Shown: positions 54,373-62,944 of the stretch, one piece after another | How the letters are laid out: every line of letters starts with the position of its first letter | How positions within the stretch are numbered: position 1 is the stretch's first letter | NCBI GenBank assembly: GCA_009835325.1 | Contig: VXWP01000087.1 | Span: forward strand, 21,231 to 85,230 | Origin: Gemmatimonadota bacterium | GTDB taxonomy: Bacteria > JAAXHH01 | Direction of reading: 5' to 3' | DNA length: 64,000 nucleotides | Position numbers and translations under genes: made by a program | Notes under the pieces: generated by a model | Told to the model about the DNA's origin: nothing | The model's input: only the letters and a program-made list of their open reading frames with translations | Database searches by the model: none

Positions 54373-56463
54373 TCAGTCCGTCACGATCTGGCCGTCGAAG
54401 GCCTCCACAATTTTCCGGACGGCCGGATCCTTCGCGGCGCCCGCGCGGGTGTTTGCCGCCTGGCCGCCTGTTTTGCCGGCCGTAGTGGTGTCCGGTGTTT
54501 CGCTGACGATTTCTTCGGCCGAACCGGGATATTCGTCCAGACCGGCCCCGGCGTCATCGGCCCCGGCGTCATCGGCCGGGTCGTCGTCACCGGACATACT
54601 CGCTGCTGCGTCATCGGTTTTCTGTGTGGTGATTTCCGCCGCCGTGCTTCCGCCTCCACCTGTCATTTCCGCACCGGCGTCATCGGTTTTCGGTTTGGTG
54701 ACATACGCCGCGGCGCTTTCGTCGATCTCGCATTCGATCCGGACCGGTATGCCCAGTACCCTGGTGCTTTCCGATTGTATCAGCGATTTGTTTTCACGTT
54801 TTTCCATCTGCTGCATATGAAACACATGGCCGGATTCGAACCTCAGGGTAAGCCTGAAGGGAGCTTCCGGACCGGCGTCATCGGGAAGCGAGCAGTCCGA
54901 AAGCACGGCTTCTGCCAACAGGATGCCCAGGCCGTTTCTTTGCCGGGTGATCTCATCCACGATGGCGGGCCATCGGTTGCGGGCTTCGCGGAGATCCAGT
55001 TTCGGGGAAGTCGGTGTGGCCGCCGATGATTCGGTGGATGCCGCCGCCGACTCGGTGGACTCCGGCGATGACTCGGAGGATGCCGCGGGTAACTCGGTGA
55101 CCGTCGATGGCTCAGTGGATGTCGCGGAGCTTTGGTCCGCATTAGCGTCTGGTGCGGGTGATGGCGCAGGTGCGGTGCCTGCCGTTGAATCGACAGTCTG
55201 AGAGGACGGGGTTTCGGGAGCCTCAGTGCCGGAAACCTCTGTCCCGGAAGCCTCTCCACCGTCTCCCGCTCCTCCCTCTTCCGCTCCTCCCTCTTCCGTT
55301 TCCACGCGCCGGGCCATTTCGGACAGGCGGGCCATGACGTCGGTCAACTGCACCGATCGGGCTATGCGTATCATGCGCACGACACCGGTCTCGAGCTGCA
55401 CCCGGGGAAGCGCACTGGTCTTTACCGACTGTTCCATCTGCGTGGCCAGCTGCGAGAGTCTGAGCAGGTCTTCCGTCTCGAATCGTCCGGCCTGTTCCCG
55501 GAAGCGGTCCAACGCGAGGGCGGCGTCTCCGATCAGCACTTCCGCTTCGGGCGCCGCCTTGACGACGAGCAGGTTGCGCAGGTGTTCCAGGATGCCCAGG
55601 ACGATCTCCTCGAGATCGTGTCCCTGGCCGAAGATCCGGTCGACCAGTTCCAGCCCTTTGGGCACGTCCTGTTCCGCCACGATGTCCAGCAACTCGAAGT
55701 AGACGTCCTGGTCCACGATGCCCAGGACCTCCGCCGCCTCGCCGGCGGTCAGCGCCTCGCCGCCGAAGGCGACGACCTGGTCCAGCAGGCTTTCGGCGTC
55801 CCGCATGCTGCCGTCCACCCGGCGCGCGATGAGGGCGAGGGCCTCGCGCTGGACGTCGTACCCGCTCTTCTCGCTGATCATGGCCAGGTGATCCACGATG
55901 GTGGGCCCCGATATGCGCCTGAAGTCGAAGCGCTGGCACCGGGAGAGCACGGTGGGGATTACCTTCCGGGGGTCCGTCGTCGCGAAGATGAAGTACACGT
56001 GGGCAGGGGGCTCTTCAAGCGTCTTCAACAGGGCGTTGAAGGCCTCCTTGGTCAGCATGTGCACTTCATCGATGATGTAGATCTTGTGCTTGCCCTGGCT
56101 GGGCGTGTACTTGACGCTCTCGAGCAGATGCGTCCGGACCTGTTCGACCCGGTTGTTGGACGCGCCGTCGATTTCCAGCACGTCGACGCTGCGTCCTTCC
56201 GAGATTTCCCGGCAGAACGTGCAGACGTTGCAGGGCGTCACCGTGGGACCGTCGACGCAGTTCAGGGCCTTGGCCAGGATGCGGGCCGTGGTCGTCTTGC
56301 CCACGCCGCGGGGTCCGGCGAAGAGGTAGGCATGGGCGATCTGGCCCGCCTGAATGGCGTTTTTCAGCGTGGTGGTTACGTGTTCCTGCCCGATCACGCC
56401 GTCGAATTCCTGGGGGCGCCATTTTCGGGCGGTGACTTCGTAGGCCAATGCCCAACCCTCCAT
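54373..56463 (-). CDS. dnaX: DNA polymerase III subunit gamma/tau with long low-complexity C-terminal region
   Basis: [38 protein letters not shown], zinc module CNVCTFC. Start set to Met22 (56463) because the upstream part of track ORF overlaps the SRP RNA. Confidence 0.9.
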   Translation of the reverse strand: MEGWALAYEVTARKWRPQEFDGVIGQEHVTTTLKNAIQAGQIAHAYLFAGPRGVGKTTTARILAKALNCVDGPTVTPCNVCTFCREISEGRSVDVLEIDGASNNRVEQVRTHLLESVKYTPSQGKHKIYIIDEVHMLTKEAFNALLKTLEEPPAHVYFIFATTDPRKVIPTVLSRCQRFDFRRISGPTIVDHLAMISEKSGYDVQREALALIARRVDGSMRDAESLLDQVVAFGGEALTAGEAAEVLGIVDQDVYFELLDIVAEQDVPKGLELVDRIFGQGHDLEEIVLGILEHLRNLLVVKAAPEAEVLIGDAALALDRFREQAGRFETEDLLRLSQLATQMEQSVKTSALPRVQLETGVVRMIRIARSVQLTDVMARLSEMARRVETEEGGAEEGGAGDGGEASGTEVSGTEAPETPSSQTVDSTAGTAPAPSPAPDANADQSSATSTEPSTVTELPAASSESSPESTESAAASTESSAATPTSPKLDLREARNRWPAIVDEITRQRNGLGILLAEAVLSDCSLPDDAGPEAPFRLTLRFESGHVFHMQQMEKRENKSLIQSESTRVLGIPVRIECEIDESAAAYVTKPKTDDAGAEMTGGGGSTAAEITTQKTDDAAASMSGDDDPADDAGADDAGAGLDEYPGSAEEIVSETPDTTTAGKTGGQAANTRAGAAKDPAVRKIVEAFDGQIVTD

Positions 56464-56516
56464 GCCTGGGTTACTCGGGACAAGAGGCAGGCGGAACGAA
56501 GGGGAAAAGATAAAGC

Positions 56517-56788
56517 GGTCGTGCACCCACCCTCGAATCTACTCGTATCGAGGCATCCGTGCCGCCGGCTCCGGCCAGGCGCTCCCGCGGCACACGCTTC
56601 ATGCGCTTACCGCTGCTACCTTCCGGTCCTGACGGGGTTGGGCGTTGTCACGTTGCGCGGGACCTGACTTTCAATACCGGATGCAGCGCATACCGGCGAC
56701 GCAAGTGCGATCCTCGGGATGGGAATTCGATCCCGCTGTAGCGGGTTGCGGGTTACAGGGCACCGCTAACTCCCCATCTAGCACGACC
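56517..56788 (-). ncRNA. ffs: signal recognition particle RNA, long (Alu-domain-containing, Bacillus-type)
   Basis: Domain IV GUCAGGACCGGAAGGUAGCAGC ... GCGUGUGCCGCGGGA; closing helix GGUCGUGC (56788-81) with GCACGACC (56524-17); 5' segment GGGGAGUUAGCGGUGCCCUGUAACCCGC...GCGGGAUCGAAUUCCC resembles the B. subtilis scRNA 5' domain from memory. Confidence 0.8.
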
Positions 56789-56870
56789 GTAATCGATCCA
56801 AGCCTGTAATACGGATGGCGGGGACACCGGCTGCCTTGAACACCGACTGCCTGGCGCCCGGCCTTCCGAG

Positions 56871-56943
56871 TGGAGCAGAGCGGAATCGAACCGCCGACCT
56901 CCAGATTGCGATTCTGGCGCTCTCCCAACTGAGCTACTGCCCC
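56871..56943 (-). tRNA. tRNA-Ala (anticodon CGC)
   Basis: GGGGCAGTAGCTCAGTTGGGAGAGCGCCAGAATCGCAATCTGGAGGTCGGCGGTTCGATTCCGCTCTGCTCCA; G3-U70 pair present. Confidence 0.9.
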
Positions 56944-56953
56944 AAAACAATTA

Positions 56954-57039
56954 CGGAGAGGGTGGGATTCGAACCCACGGTCCACATGGTGAACACACGC
57001 TCTCCAGGCGTGCCGATTCAACCGCTCTCGCACCTCTCC
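56954..57039 (-). tRNA. tRNA-Ser (anticodon GGA)
   Basis: GGAGAGGTGCGAGAGCGGTTGAATCGGCACGCCTGGAGAGCGTG...long variable arm...GGGTTCGAATCCCACCCTCTCCG. Confidence 0.9.
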
Positions 57040-57110
57040 CAGGTCAATGTCTGAAGCCATTGCCGTGGCCGGTAGCCATCCTCCGGGATTCCGTTCAGCA
57101 GGCTGTAGAA

Positions 57111-57195
57111 CGGAGAGGGTGGGATTCGAACCCACGGTGCCCGAAGGCACAACGGTTTTCGAGACCGTCCGATTCAACCACTCTCGCACCTCTCC
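57111..57195 (-). tRNA. tRNA-Ser (anticodon CGA)
   Basis: GGAGAGGTGCGAGAGTGGTTGAATCGGACGGTCTCGAAAACCGT...long variable arm...GGGTTCGAATCCCACCCTCTCCG. Confidence 0.9.
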
Positions 57196-57689
57196 GGCAA
57201 CCTCGGTTCGTCAACTGTATCGCCCGCTCCCCTTTTCGCCCTGAAGAATTCTTTCAACAGCCCTGAACAGGTTTCCGCCAGCACCCCTCGCGTTACAGCC
57301 ACCTGGTGATTCAACCGGGTGTCCCGCACGATATCGCGCAGGGACCCACAGGCCCCGGTCTTGGGATCGTCTGCCCCGTACACGATTTCGTCCAGTCGAG
57401 CCAGTACGATCGCGCCCGCGCACATGGCGCAGGGTTCCAGCGTAACGTAGAGCGTGGCACCGGCCAGCCGTTCATAGCCCTGCGTTGAACTGGCTTCCCG
57501 GATCGCGAGCATCTCGGCATGAGCCGTGGGATCGCGCAACCGTTCCACGCGATTCTGGCCCCGGCCGATGATCACGCCATCGTGAACGATCACGGCTCCG
57601 ACGGGCACATCACCGGCGGCTCCCGCCGACCGGGCTTCTTCCAGCGCCAGCCTGAGCCATTCTTCGTGTTCGCCCTCGTTCGTTCTCAT
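57174..57689 (-). CDS. tadA: tRNA-specific adenosine deaminase TadA
   Basis: Start at MRTNEGEHEEWLRLALEEA (Met17); HAEMLAIREA and PCAMCAGA zinc motifs; last 22 nt including the stop lie inside tRNA-Ser(CGA). Confidence 0.9.
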   Translation of the reverse strand: MRTNEGEHEEWLRLALEEARSAGAAGDVPVGAVIVHDGVIIGRGQNRVERLRDPTAHAEMLAIREASSTQGYERLAGATLYVTLEPCAMCAGAIVLARLDEIVYGADDPKTGACGSLRDIVRDTRLNHQVAVTRGVLAETCSGLLKEFFRAKRGAGDTVDEPRLPERCESG

Positions 57690-57710
57690 GCTCCCGCGTC
57701 CCACGGAAAA

Positions 57711-57784
57711 TACGCCCGGAGGGAGTCGAACCCCCAACCTCCTGATCCGTAGTCAGGTGCTCTATCCAATTGAGCTACAGGCGC
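57711..57784 (-). tRNA. tRNA-Arg (anticodon ACG)
   Basis: GCGCCTGTAGCTCAATTGGATAGAGCACCTGACTACGGATCAGGAGGTTGGGGGTTCGACTCCCTCCGGGCGTA; by eye the acceptor stem has G1-U72 and U6-G67 wobbles, ends +/-1. Confidence 0.85.
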
Positions 57785-57852
57785 TCAGGACCAGCATAAC
57801 AGAGCACCGCAAACTACAGAACAGACCCGTCAAAGTCAAGTGGATTCTGACG

Positions 57853-57869
57853 CCTGATCCGTAGTCCGG
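57853..57869. repeat. 16/17 copy of the tRNA-Arg(ACG) anticodon arm, 112 nt upstream of the original
   Basis: cctgatccgtagtccgg versus cctgatccgtagtcagg (57741-57757), same orientation. Confidence 0.9.
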
Positions 57870-57888
57870 AGCGCCACGAATCAGGCTG

Positions 57889-58416
57889 TCAGAAAGCGTC
57901 GTGAACCCGCCGTTCCAGATAGATTCTTCCCCGTTCGACGTATCCTTCCGCGGTCCGGTGTATGCGTTCGATCTGCTCGTCCGTGACGGAACGTATCACA
58001 CGTCCGGGAACGCCTACGACCAGGGAGCCCGGAGGTACTTCCGTGTTTTCGAGCACCAGTGCGCCGGCGCCGATGATGCTGTGCCTGCCGATCCGCGCGC
58101 CGCTGAGGATCACGGCGCCCATGGAAATCAGCACGTGGTCCTCCACCACCGCGCCGTGGACGATGGCGCGGTGCCCCACGGTTACGCCCTTGCCCAGTTC
58201 GGTGGGCATGCCGGCGTCGATGTGGAGGACGCTGCCGTCCTGCACGTTAGTTCCCTCGCCGATGGTTACGGGCTCGTCGTCCGCCCGGATCACCACCTGG
58301 AACCAGACGCTCGCGTCCTTGCCGATGTCGACGGCGCCGATCAGGTCGGCGCTTTCTGCCACGAAGACGGACGGATGGATGCGGGGAGCGTGGTGGACGT
58401 ACTGGTTGGAAGTCAT
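57889..58416 (-). CDS. gamma-carbonic-anhydrase-family left-handed beta-helix protein
   Basis: 175 aa; hexapeptide repeats, IGEGTNVQDGSVLH...VTVGHRAIVHG. Confidence 0.85.
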   Translation of the reverse strand: MTSNQYVHHAPRIHPSVFVAESADLIGAVDIGKDASVWFQVVIRADDEPVTIGEGTNVQDGSVLHIDAGMPTELGKGVTVGHRAIVHGAVVEDHVLISMGAVILSGARIGRHSIIGAGALVLENTEVPPGSLVVGVPGRVIRSVTDEQIERIHRTAEGYVERGRIYLERRVHDAF

Positions 58417-58456
58417 GTGAGGCTCGAAATCTGTCGGCGGCGTGGCCGGCCGTGCG

Positions 58457-59749
58457 CTAACCGGCTGCGTCCTGTCCGGGCACTACCCTGGGGATCACAT
58501 AAGGCCCTCTTGGAACGACCGCTATGGTGGCGCCGGCGCCGTGACGCTTCAGTGCCCGTGTAATGCCGGCCTCGACGGACGGTACCGGCTCGACCAGGCA
58601 GTCCCGGACGTCGTCGTCACTCAGCCCGTCCGTGTAAAGATACACCCGGCCCTTCTTAAGCGCCTTGACCAGTTCCTCGATCTCCCACTGGTCGATGGTG
58701 AACACGCCCGGTTGCTGAATCCAGTGGATGAAGGCGTCGATGTCCGTCGTCTTCCGAAGCAGTTCTTCGAACTCCGCGCTTCCGATCCCGTCGGCGCATC
58801 CCGCGGCGATGACGATGGAACCGTCTTCTTTCAGGATGTCGAGCACGCCGACCATGCCCTTCACCGCCTGGTAGAAGGTGGTGTCCAGGGGATAGCCGGC
58901 CGACGAGGTCACGACGATGTCCACCGGTTCTTCGACGGAGGCCACGACCATGCCGTCCACGTGGCGGACGCCTTGCCGGTGCGCCCGGTCGAGCTCGCCG
59001 GCAAACACCCCGGTGATCTGGCGGTCTTCGTCCATGGCCACGTTGAGGATGAAATCCACCCCGGCCCGCCGGGCGATTTCCAGCGCGGCCTCGTGGAGCG
59101 GGTTGCCGTCGAGCACGCCCGTCGTGGCGTTGGGATGCTCCAGGATACCGGGTCCGTGAAGATGCTCGATCGTCTCCACGCCCACGAGTCCGGGCGCGAC
59201 CAGCTTGCGTCCGCCCGAGTACCCGGCCATGAAGTGCGCCTCGATCAGCCCGGTCAGCACCTTGAGGTCGCTTTCCACGTATCTGCGGTCCACGCGGATA
59301 GGGATCCCTGTGCTGGTGGCGCCCAGGTCGGCCTGTTCGTTCCCGTTGCGGGAGACGTGGTTGACGACGGGATACCGGTCCACCACGTCGCCGGTCAGGG
59401 TCTCGCGAAGCTGTTCCTCGTCCATGGGGGCGTGCAGTCCCGTGGCGACCAGCAGGGTGACATCCGCCGGTCTGATCCCGCTTTGCTCCAGGCATTCAAG
59501 GAGCGGCGGCAGGATAATGTCGTGGGGGACGGGACGCGTTATGTCGGAGACGACCACGCACGCGTCGCGGCGGCCCCGGGCGATTTCCGCAAGGGGCGGA
59601 CCGGCCACGGGCCGCTGCAGGGCCTCCCGGGTCGAGGTCACCGGATCATCCAGCGGGGGCGTCTCCCGCATATTGAGGACAGCGGCCAGGTTCTCGTCCG
59701 GGACGCTTACCTCGAGGCCGGATTTATGGTAGTCGAGGGTGATGTTCAC
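58457..59749 (-). CDS. LarA-like (nickel-pincer-dependent lactate racemase family, DUF2088) protein
   Basis: 430 aa; MNITLDYHKSGLEVSVPDENL...DACVVVSDITRPVP...LLVATGLHAPM...AHFMAGYSGG. Confidence 0.7.
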   Translation of the reverse strand: MNITLDYHKSGLEVSVPDENLAAVLNMRETPPLDDPVTSTREALQRPVAGPPLAEIARGRRDACVVVSDITRPVPHDIILPPLLECLEQSGIRPADVTLLVATGLHAPMDEEQLRETLTGDVVDRYPVVNHVSRNGNEQADLGATSTGIPIRVDRRYVESDLKVLTGLIEAHFMAGYSGGRKLVAPGLVGVETIEHLHGPGILEHPNATTGVLDGNPLHEAALEIARRAGVDFILNVAMDEDRQITGVFAGELDRAHRQGVRHVDGMVVASVEEPVDIVVTSSAGYPLDTTFYQAVKGMVGVLDILKEDGSIVIAAGCADGIGSAEFEELLRKTTDIDAFIHWIQQPGVFTIDQWEIEELVKALKKGRVYLYTDGLSDDDVRDCLVEPVPSVEAGITRALKRHGAGATIAVVPRGPYVIPRVVPGQDAAG

Positions 59750-59758
59750 GGGGGCTCC

Positions 59759-60742
59759 CTACGGATCATCTAGCTCGATTTCGAGTCCGGGTCCCGGCGA
59801 AGGTTCGAGTATGCCCGCAGCGCCGGCATCCATCATGACCGGCGCCAGTTCATCGGGGTTGTCGTGGAGCGCCACGATGGCTCCGCTGCTGCCCGCCAGC
59901 TTGGCGCCGGACGCGCCTGCACGCCGGGCGAGTTCGATGAACCGGTCGTCCTCGGGATTGGATCCGCCGAGTGACTGCGTCAGCGCCTGGTTCTCGTTCA
60001 TCAATTCTCCCAGCGCGTCGATCCGGTTATCGAGGATCGCTTTCTTGCCTTCCCGGGCCAGGGCCGCGATGGCGCTATATGCTTCGACCACTTCGGTTTC
60101 CCCGGCAAGCCAGCGTTCCCGCAAGGGGGTGTGCACGCCTCCGGAGACGCGCTGGCCTCCCGTGATGACTACGACAAGCGGCAGGGCCGGGTCGGGAGCC
60201 ATCTGTTCCATGGTGGCGAAAGGATCGGTCCCGTATTCCAGGTGGAATTCCTTTCCCCTGAAATCCATGTAATGAAGCCCGCCGAAGGTGCACATGTAGG
60301 CGTCCTGGTACCCGCAGAAAGTCAGGTTCTGGTACTCGATCCCGCGAACGAGCTCCGCCTGGTGGTACGGATTGTGGCGGATACCGCGGTAGGCGAGCAG
60401 CCCGGCGACCATCGATACGAGTAGCGCGGTCGATCCCGACAGGCCGGCGCGGAAGGGGATGCCGGTCGACCACGAGATCCTGGCGAGCAGATCCGTAGAT
60501 TCGGTTCCGGTCAACGCGACCCGGGCGATATCGAAAATGTCCTCACGTAGGGCCAGGTCGTCGGACGACGCAATGACGCGCTGCTCGGTGCCGGCGTCCA
60601 GGACCAGGCGGTCCGCCGGCTGGATCCTGACCCGCGCCCGCTCCTTGGTCGAGCACGAAATCACGCTGCCGCCGTACATGTCCGTAGGATTTCCCACTAT
60701 GCCGACACGGCCGGGTGCGGATGCGGTTAGGGTCCCGTTCAT
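59759..60742 (-). CDS. GHMP-family sugar kinase (glucuronokinase-like)
   Basis: Start at MNGTLTASAPGRVGIVGNPTDMYGGSV (Met40 of track ORF); IPFRAGLSGSTALLVS motif. Confidence 0.7.
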   Translation of the reverse strand: MNGTLTASAPGRVGIVGNPTDMYGGSVISCSTKERARVRIQPADRLVLDAGTEQRVIASSDDLALREDIFDIARVALTGTESTDLLARISWSTGIPFRAGLSGSTALLVSMVAGLLAYRGIRHNPYHQAELVRGIEYQNLTFCGYQDAYMCTFGGLHYMDFRGKEFHLEYGTDPFATMEQMAPDPALPLVVVITGGQRVSGGVHTPLRERWLAGETEVVEAYSAIAALAREGKKAILDNRIDALGELMNENQALTQSLGGSNPEDDRFIELARRAGASGAKLAGSSGAIVALHDNPDELAPVMMDAGAAGILEPSPGPGLEIELDDP

Positions 60743-60770
60743 TTGGACTCCACCCGGCGCGTATCTAGCA

Positions 60771-60820
60771 GACCATGCAGCCCGTGCGGACCATGCAGCC
60801 CGTGCGGACCATGCGGACCA
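60771..60820. repeat. 18-bp x2.8 tandem repeat between the nucleotidyltransferase stop and the GHMP kinase start
   Basis: gaccatgcagcccgtgcg at 60771 and 60789, then gaccatgcggacca. Confidence 0.9.
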
Positions 60821-60866
60821 CCTGATCGACAATCGCGCCGAAACGCACGCAGTATGCACTCGGTAA

Positions 60867-61841
60867 TCATGATTCGTTCAACCGCCCTCGGAGAAGATCG
60901 CGGAAAGCCGGTCCGTCGGTCTCGTCCTCCACGGCGTAATCGGCAAAGGCTTCCCAGTAGGTCAAAGGCGTACCGATGTCGTAGCGCCGGTCGGCGGACC
61001 CCAGGGGTACGCACCAGACATTTCCACCGGGGCCGGCCGGTCCGCGCGCGCCGACGTCGCCCCCCGGACCGCCCAAGCCACCTGGGTTGCCCGCCCTTAG
61101 CAGGCCGCGGATGGCGTCGGCGAGCCAGAGTTCGCCGTTTGTTCCACGCGGCGTCGCCTCGAGCGCGGGGAAGATGCCGGGACCACAGATGTATCGGGCC
61201 GATACGGCGTAACGGCTGGGTGCGCTATCCGCAGGCGGTTTCTCCACGATATCGTCGATGGAGAAGGCCGCGTCCGATACGTACCTGGGCTTTACGATAC
61301 CGTACCGCGACACCTTGTCTTCGGGCACGTGCTCCACCGCGATGGTGCACGCGGCGTCTTCCTTCCCGTGGGTCGCCATCATGCGACGCAGGACGCTGTC
61401 TTTCCCCGTCGACCGGATGACAGCGTCGCCCCAGGCCACGACGAAGGCGTCCGATCCCGCAAAGGCCTCACCCAGGCGCACGGCGTCGCCGTTTCCGGCC
61501 GGAACCTCCTGGCGCACGAATGAATAGTTCAGTGCGGGCAGCCCGTTCTCATCTACGTTACCCGGCTCCCGCCGTGCATCGGGCGGCCCATCGGAAGGTC
61601 CGCCGGGCGATTTTGCCGCCCCGTCCGAAGGTCCACCATGCACGAAGTATTCCTCGATCGCCTTTTTGCGGCTGGAGGTCACGAAGAGGATGCGCTCGAT
61701 CCCCGCGGCCGCCAGTTCATCCACAACGTGGTGAATGGCCGGTTTGCGCCCGAGGGGCAACATTTCCTTGGGGACAGATCGCGTAAGCGGCAGCATCCGC
61801 GTGCCCAGGCCCGCGACGGGCACGACGGCCTTGCGGATCAT
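60867..61841 (-). CDS. UTP--glucose-1-phosphate uridylyltransferase-like sugar nucleotidyltransferase with Gly/Pro-rich inserts
   Basis: MIRKAVVPVAGLGTRMLPLTRSVPKEMLPL; inserts GGPSDGAAKSPGGPSDGPPD and GNPGGLGGPGGDVGARGPAGPGGN; ATGA overlap with eda. Confidence 0.8.
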   Translation of the reverse strand: MIRKAVVPVAGLGTRMLPLTRSVPKEMLPLGRKPAIHHVVDELAAAGIERILFVTSSRKKAIEEYFVHGGPSDGAAKSPGGPSDGPPDARREPGNVDENGLPALNYSFVRQEVPAGNGDAVRLGEAFAGSDAFVVAWGDAVIRSTGKDSVLRRMMATHGKEDAACTIAVEHVPEDKVSRYGIVKPRYVSDAAFSIDDIVEKPPADSAPSRYAVSARYICGPGIFPALEATPRGTNGELWLADAIRGLLRAGNPGGLGGPGGDVGARGPAGPGGNVWCVPLGSADRRYDIGTPLTYWEAFADYAVEDETDGPAFRDLLRGRLNES

Positions 61842-62497
61842 CCCCCACCTTCCTGTCGCGCGTTCCGAACCGCCTCGACGTATTTCCGGGCCGTATCGGT
61901 GAGCACATGCCATTCGCCCGCGGCCACGGCGGCCTTGTCGACCAGGTTTCCGCCCACGGCCACGGCGCAGGCGCCTGCCCGGATGAAGTCGCCCGTGTTG
62001 TCCAGGTCCACTCCGCCCGTGGGCATGAGATCGATCTGGGGGAGCGGCGCCTTGACGTCCTTGAAATAGCGGGGTCCCACCGCCGTTGCGGGAAACACCT
62101 TCACGATGTCTGCGCCACATTCCCAGGCCGTCAGGATCTCGGTCGGGGTCAATGCACCGGGAATGATGACCTTGTCGTACCGTCGGCAGAGGGTGATGAC
62201 GTCCGGGTTCAGCGTAGGCGTCACGATGTATTCGGCGCCGGCCAGGATCGCCGCACGGGCCGTTTCGGGGTCCAGCACGGTGCCCGCGCCGAGGAGGATC
62301 TCGTCCCCCAGCCGGTTCGCGCATTCGCCGATGGCGTCCAGGGCCCCGGGCGTCGTCATGGTGATCTCGACGGCTCCGATGCCGCCCCTGCCGATGGCCT
62401 GGGCGACCTGGACCAGCGCGTCGGGCCGGTCCGCCCTCAGTACCGCGACCACGCCACAGGCCTTGATGGAAGCGAGGTTTTCAGATCTCGAAGACAT
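61838..62497 (-). CDS. eda: KDPG/KHG aldolase
   Basis: 219 aa; GIGAVEITMTTPGALDAI, KVFPA, PTGGV motifs. Confidence 0.85.
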   Translation of the reverse strand: MSSRSENLASIKACGVVAVLRADRPDALVQVAQAIGRGGIGAVEITMTTPGALDAIGECANRLGDEILLGAGTVLDPETARAAILAGAEYIVTPTLNPDVITLCRRYDKVIIPGALTPTEILTAWECGADIVKVFPATAVGPRYFKDVKAPLPQIDLMPTGGVDLDNTGDFIRAGACAVAVGGNLVDKAAVAAGEWHVLTDTARKYVEAVRNARQEGGG

Positions 62498-62516
62498 GGA
62501 TATTCTCCAACGGATG

Positions 62517-62918
62517 TTACTCCAGGGTGACCTTCACCTTGCGCTCCGGCCGCTCGTGCAGGTGCCCGTGTCCCGTCAGCGCCACGCCGAGACGGATGGA
62601 CGGCTTGCCGCCCACTGGGAAAATGTGATGGAACGTCAGGGCCGGTACGAAGATGAAATCTCCCGCCTTCGCGTGGACGGTCTCGTCACGGCCCTCGATC
62701 ACCCAGTCGATCTCGCCCTCCAGCACCAGCCACCACTCGTCGTAATCGTGGCAGTGATTGTCGTTGATCGTGCCCGATTCCTGCCAGATGAACGCCGCGG
62801 TCACGTGGTCCGCGGCAACGACGGCGCAGGAGGCGGGCGGTGGGCCGATCCGTTCCTTGATCTCCTCGATATTGATACGGTTGAGCGTAGCGTGCATGAT
62901 CGGATTCGGCGGGGCCAT
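62517..62918 (-). CDS. cupin domain protein
   Basis: 133 aa; NDNHCHDYDEWWLVLEGEI...FIFVPALTFHH. Confidence 0.7.
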   Translation of the reverse strand: MAPPNPIMHATLNRINIEEIKERIGPPPASCAVVAADHVTAAFIWQESGTINDNHCHDYDEWWLVLEGEIDWVIEGRDETVHAKAGDFIFVPALTFHHIFPVGGKPSIRLGVALTGHGHLHERPERKVKVTLE

Positions 62919-62944
62919 CGGGGTGCTCCTTTGGTGAACCGGGC

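Noticed and set aside
54373-56463. Looked for a dnaX programmed frameshift site (A AAA AAG type) that would give a gamma subunit.
   Set aside because: No such slippery heptamer was seen on the coding strand, so no claim is made.
56553-56684. Initial call of a short 4.5S-type SRP RNA closed by GCAUCCG/CGGAUGC.
   Set aside because: The flanks continue into a longer structure with an 8-bp terminal helix 272 nt apart and a 5' domain resembling the Bacillus scRNA. The long form explains the otherwise empty spacer better.
56789-56870. Possible tRNA-Sec, because the minus-strand spacer after tRNA-Ala starts GGAAGGCC... and contains UUCAAG.
   Set aside because: No complementary 3' acceptor strand, no T-arm and no cloverleaf could be built. 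The TCGAAT-containing segment further on belongs to the SRP RNA 5' domain.
56671-57189. 172-aa ORF (and other small ORFs) across 56670-57270.
   Set aside because: The region is fully explained by tRNA-Ala, two tRNA-Ser genes and the SRP RNA. The ORFs are translations of structured RNA genes.
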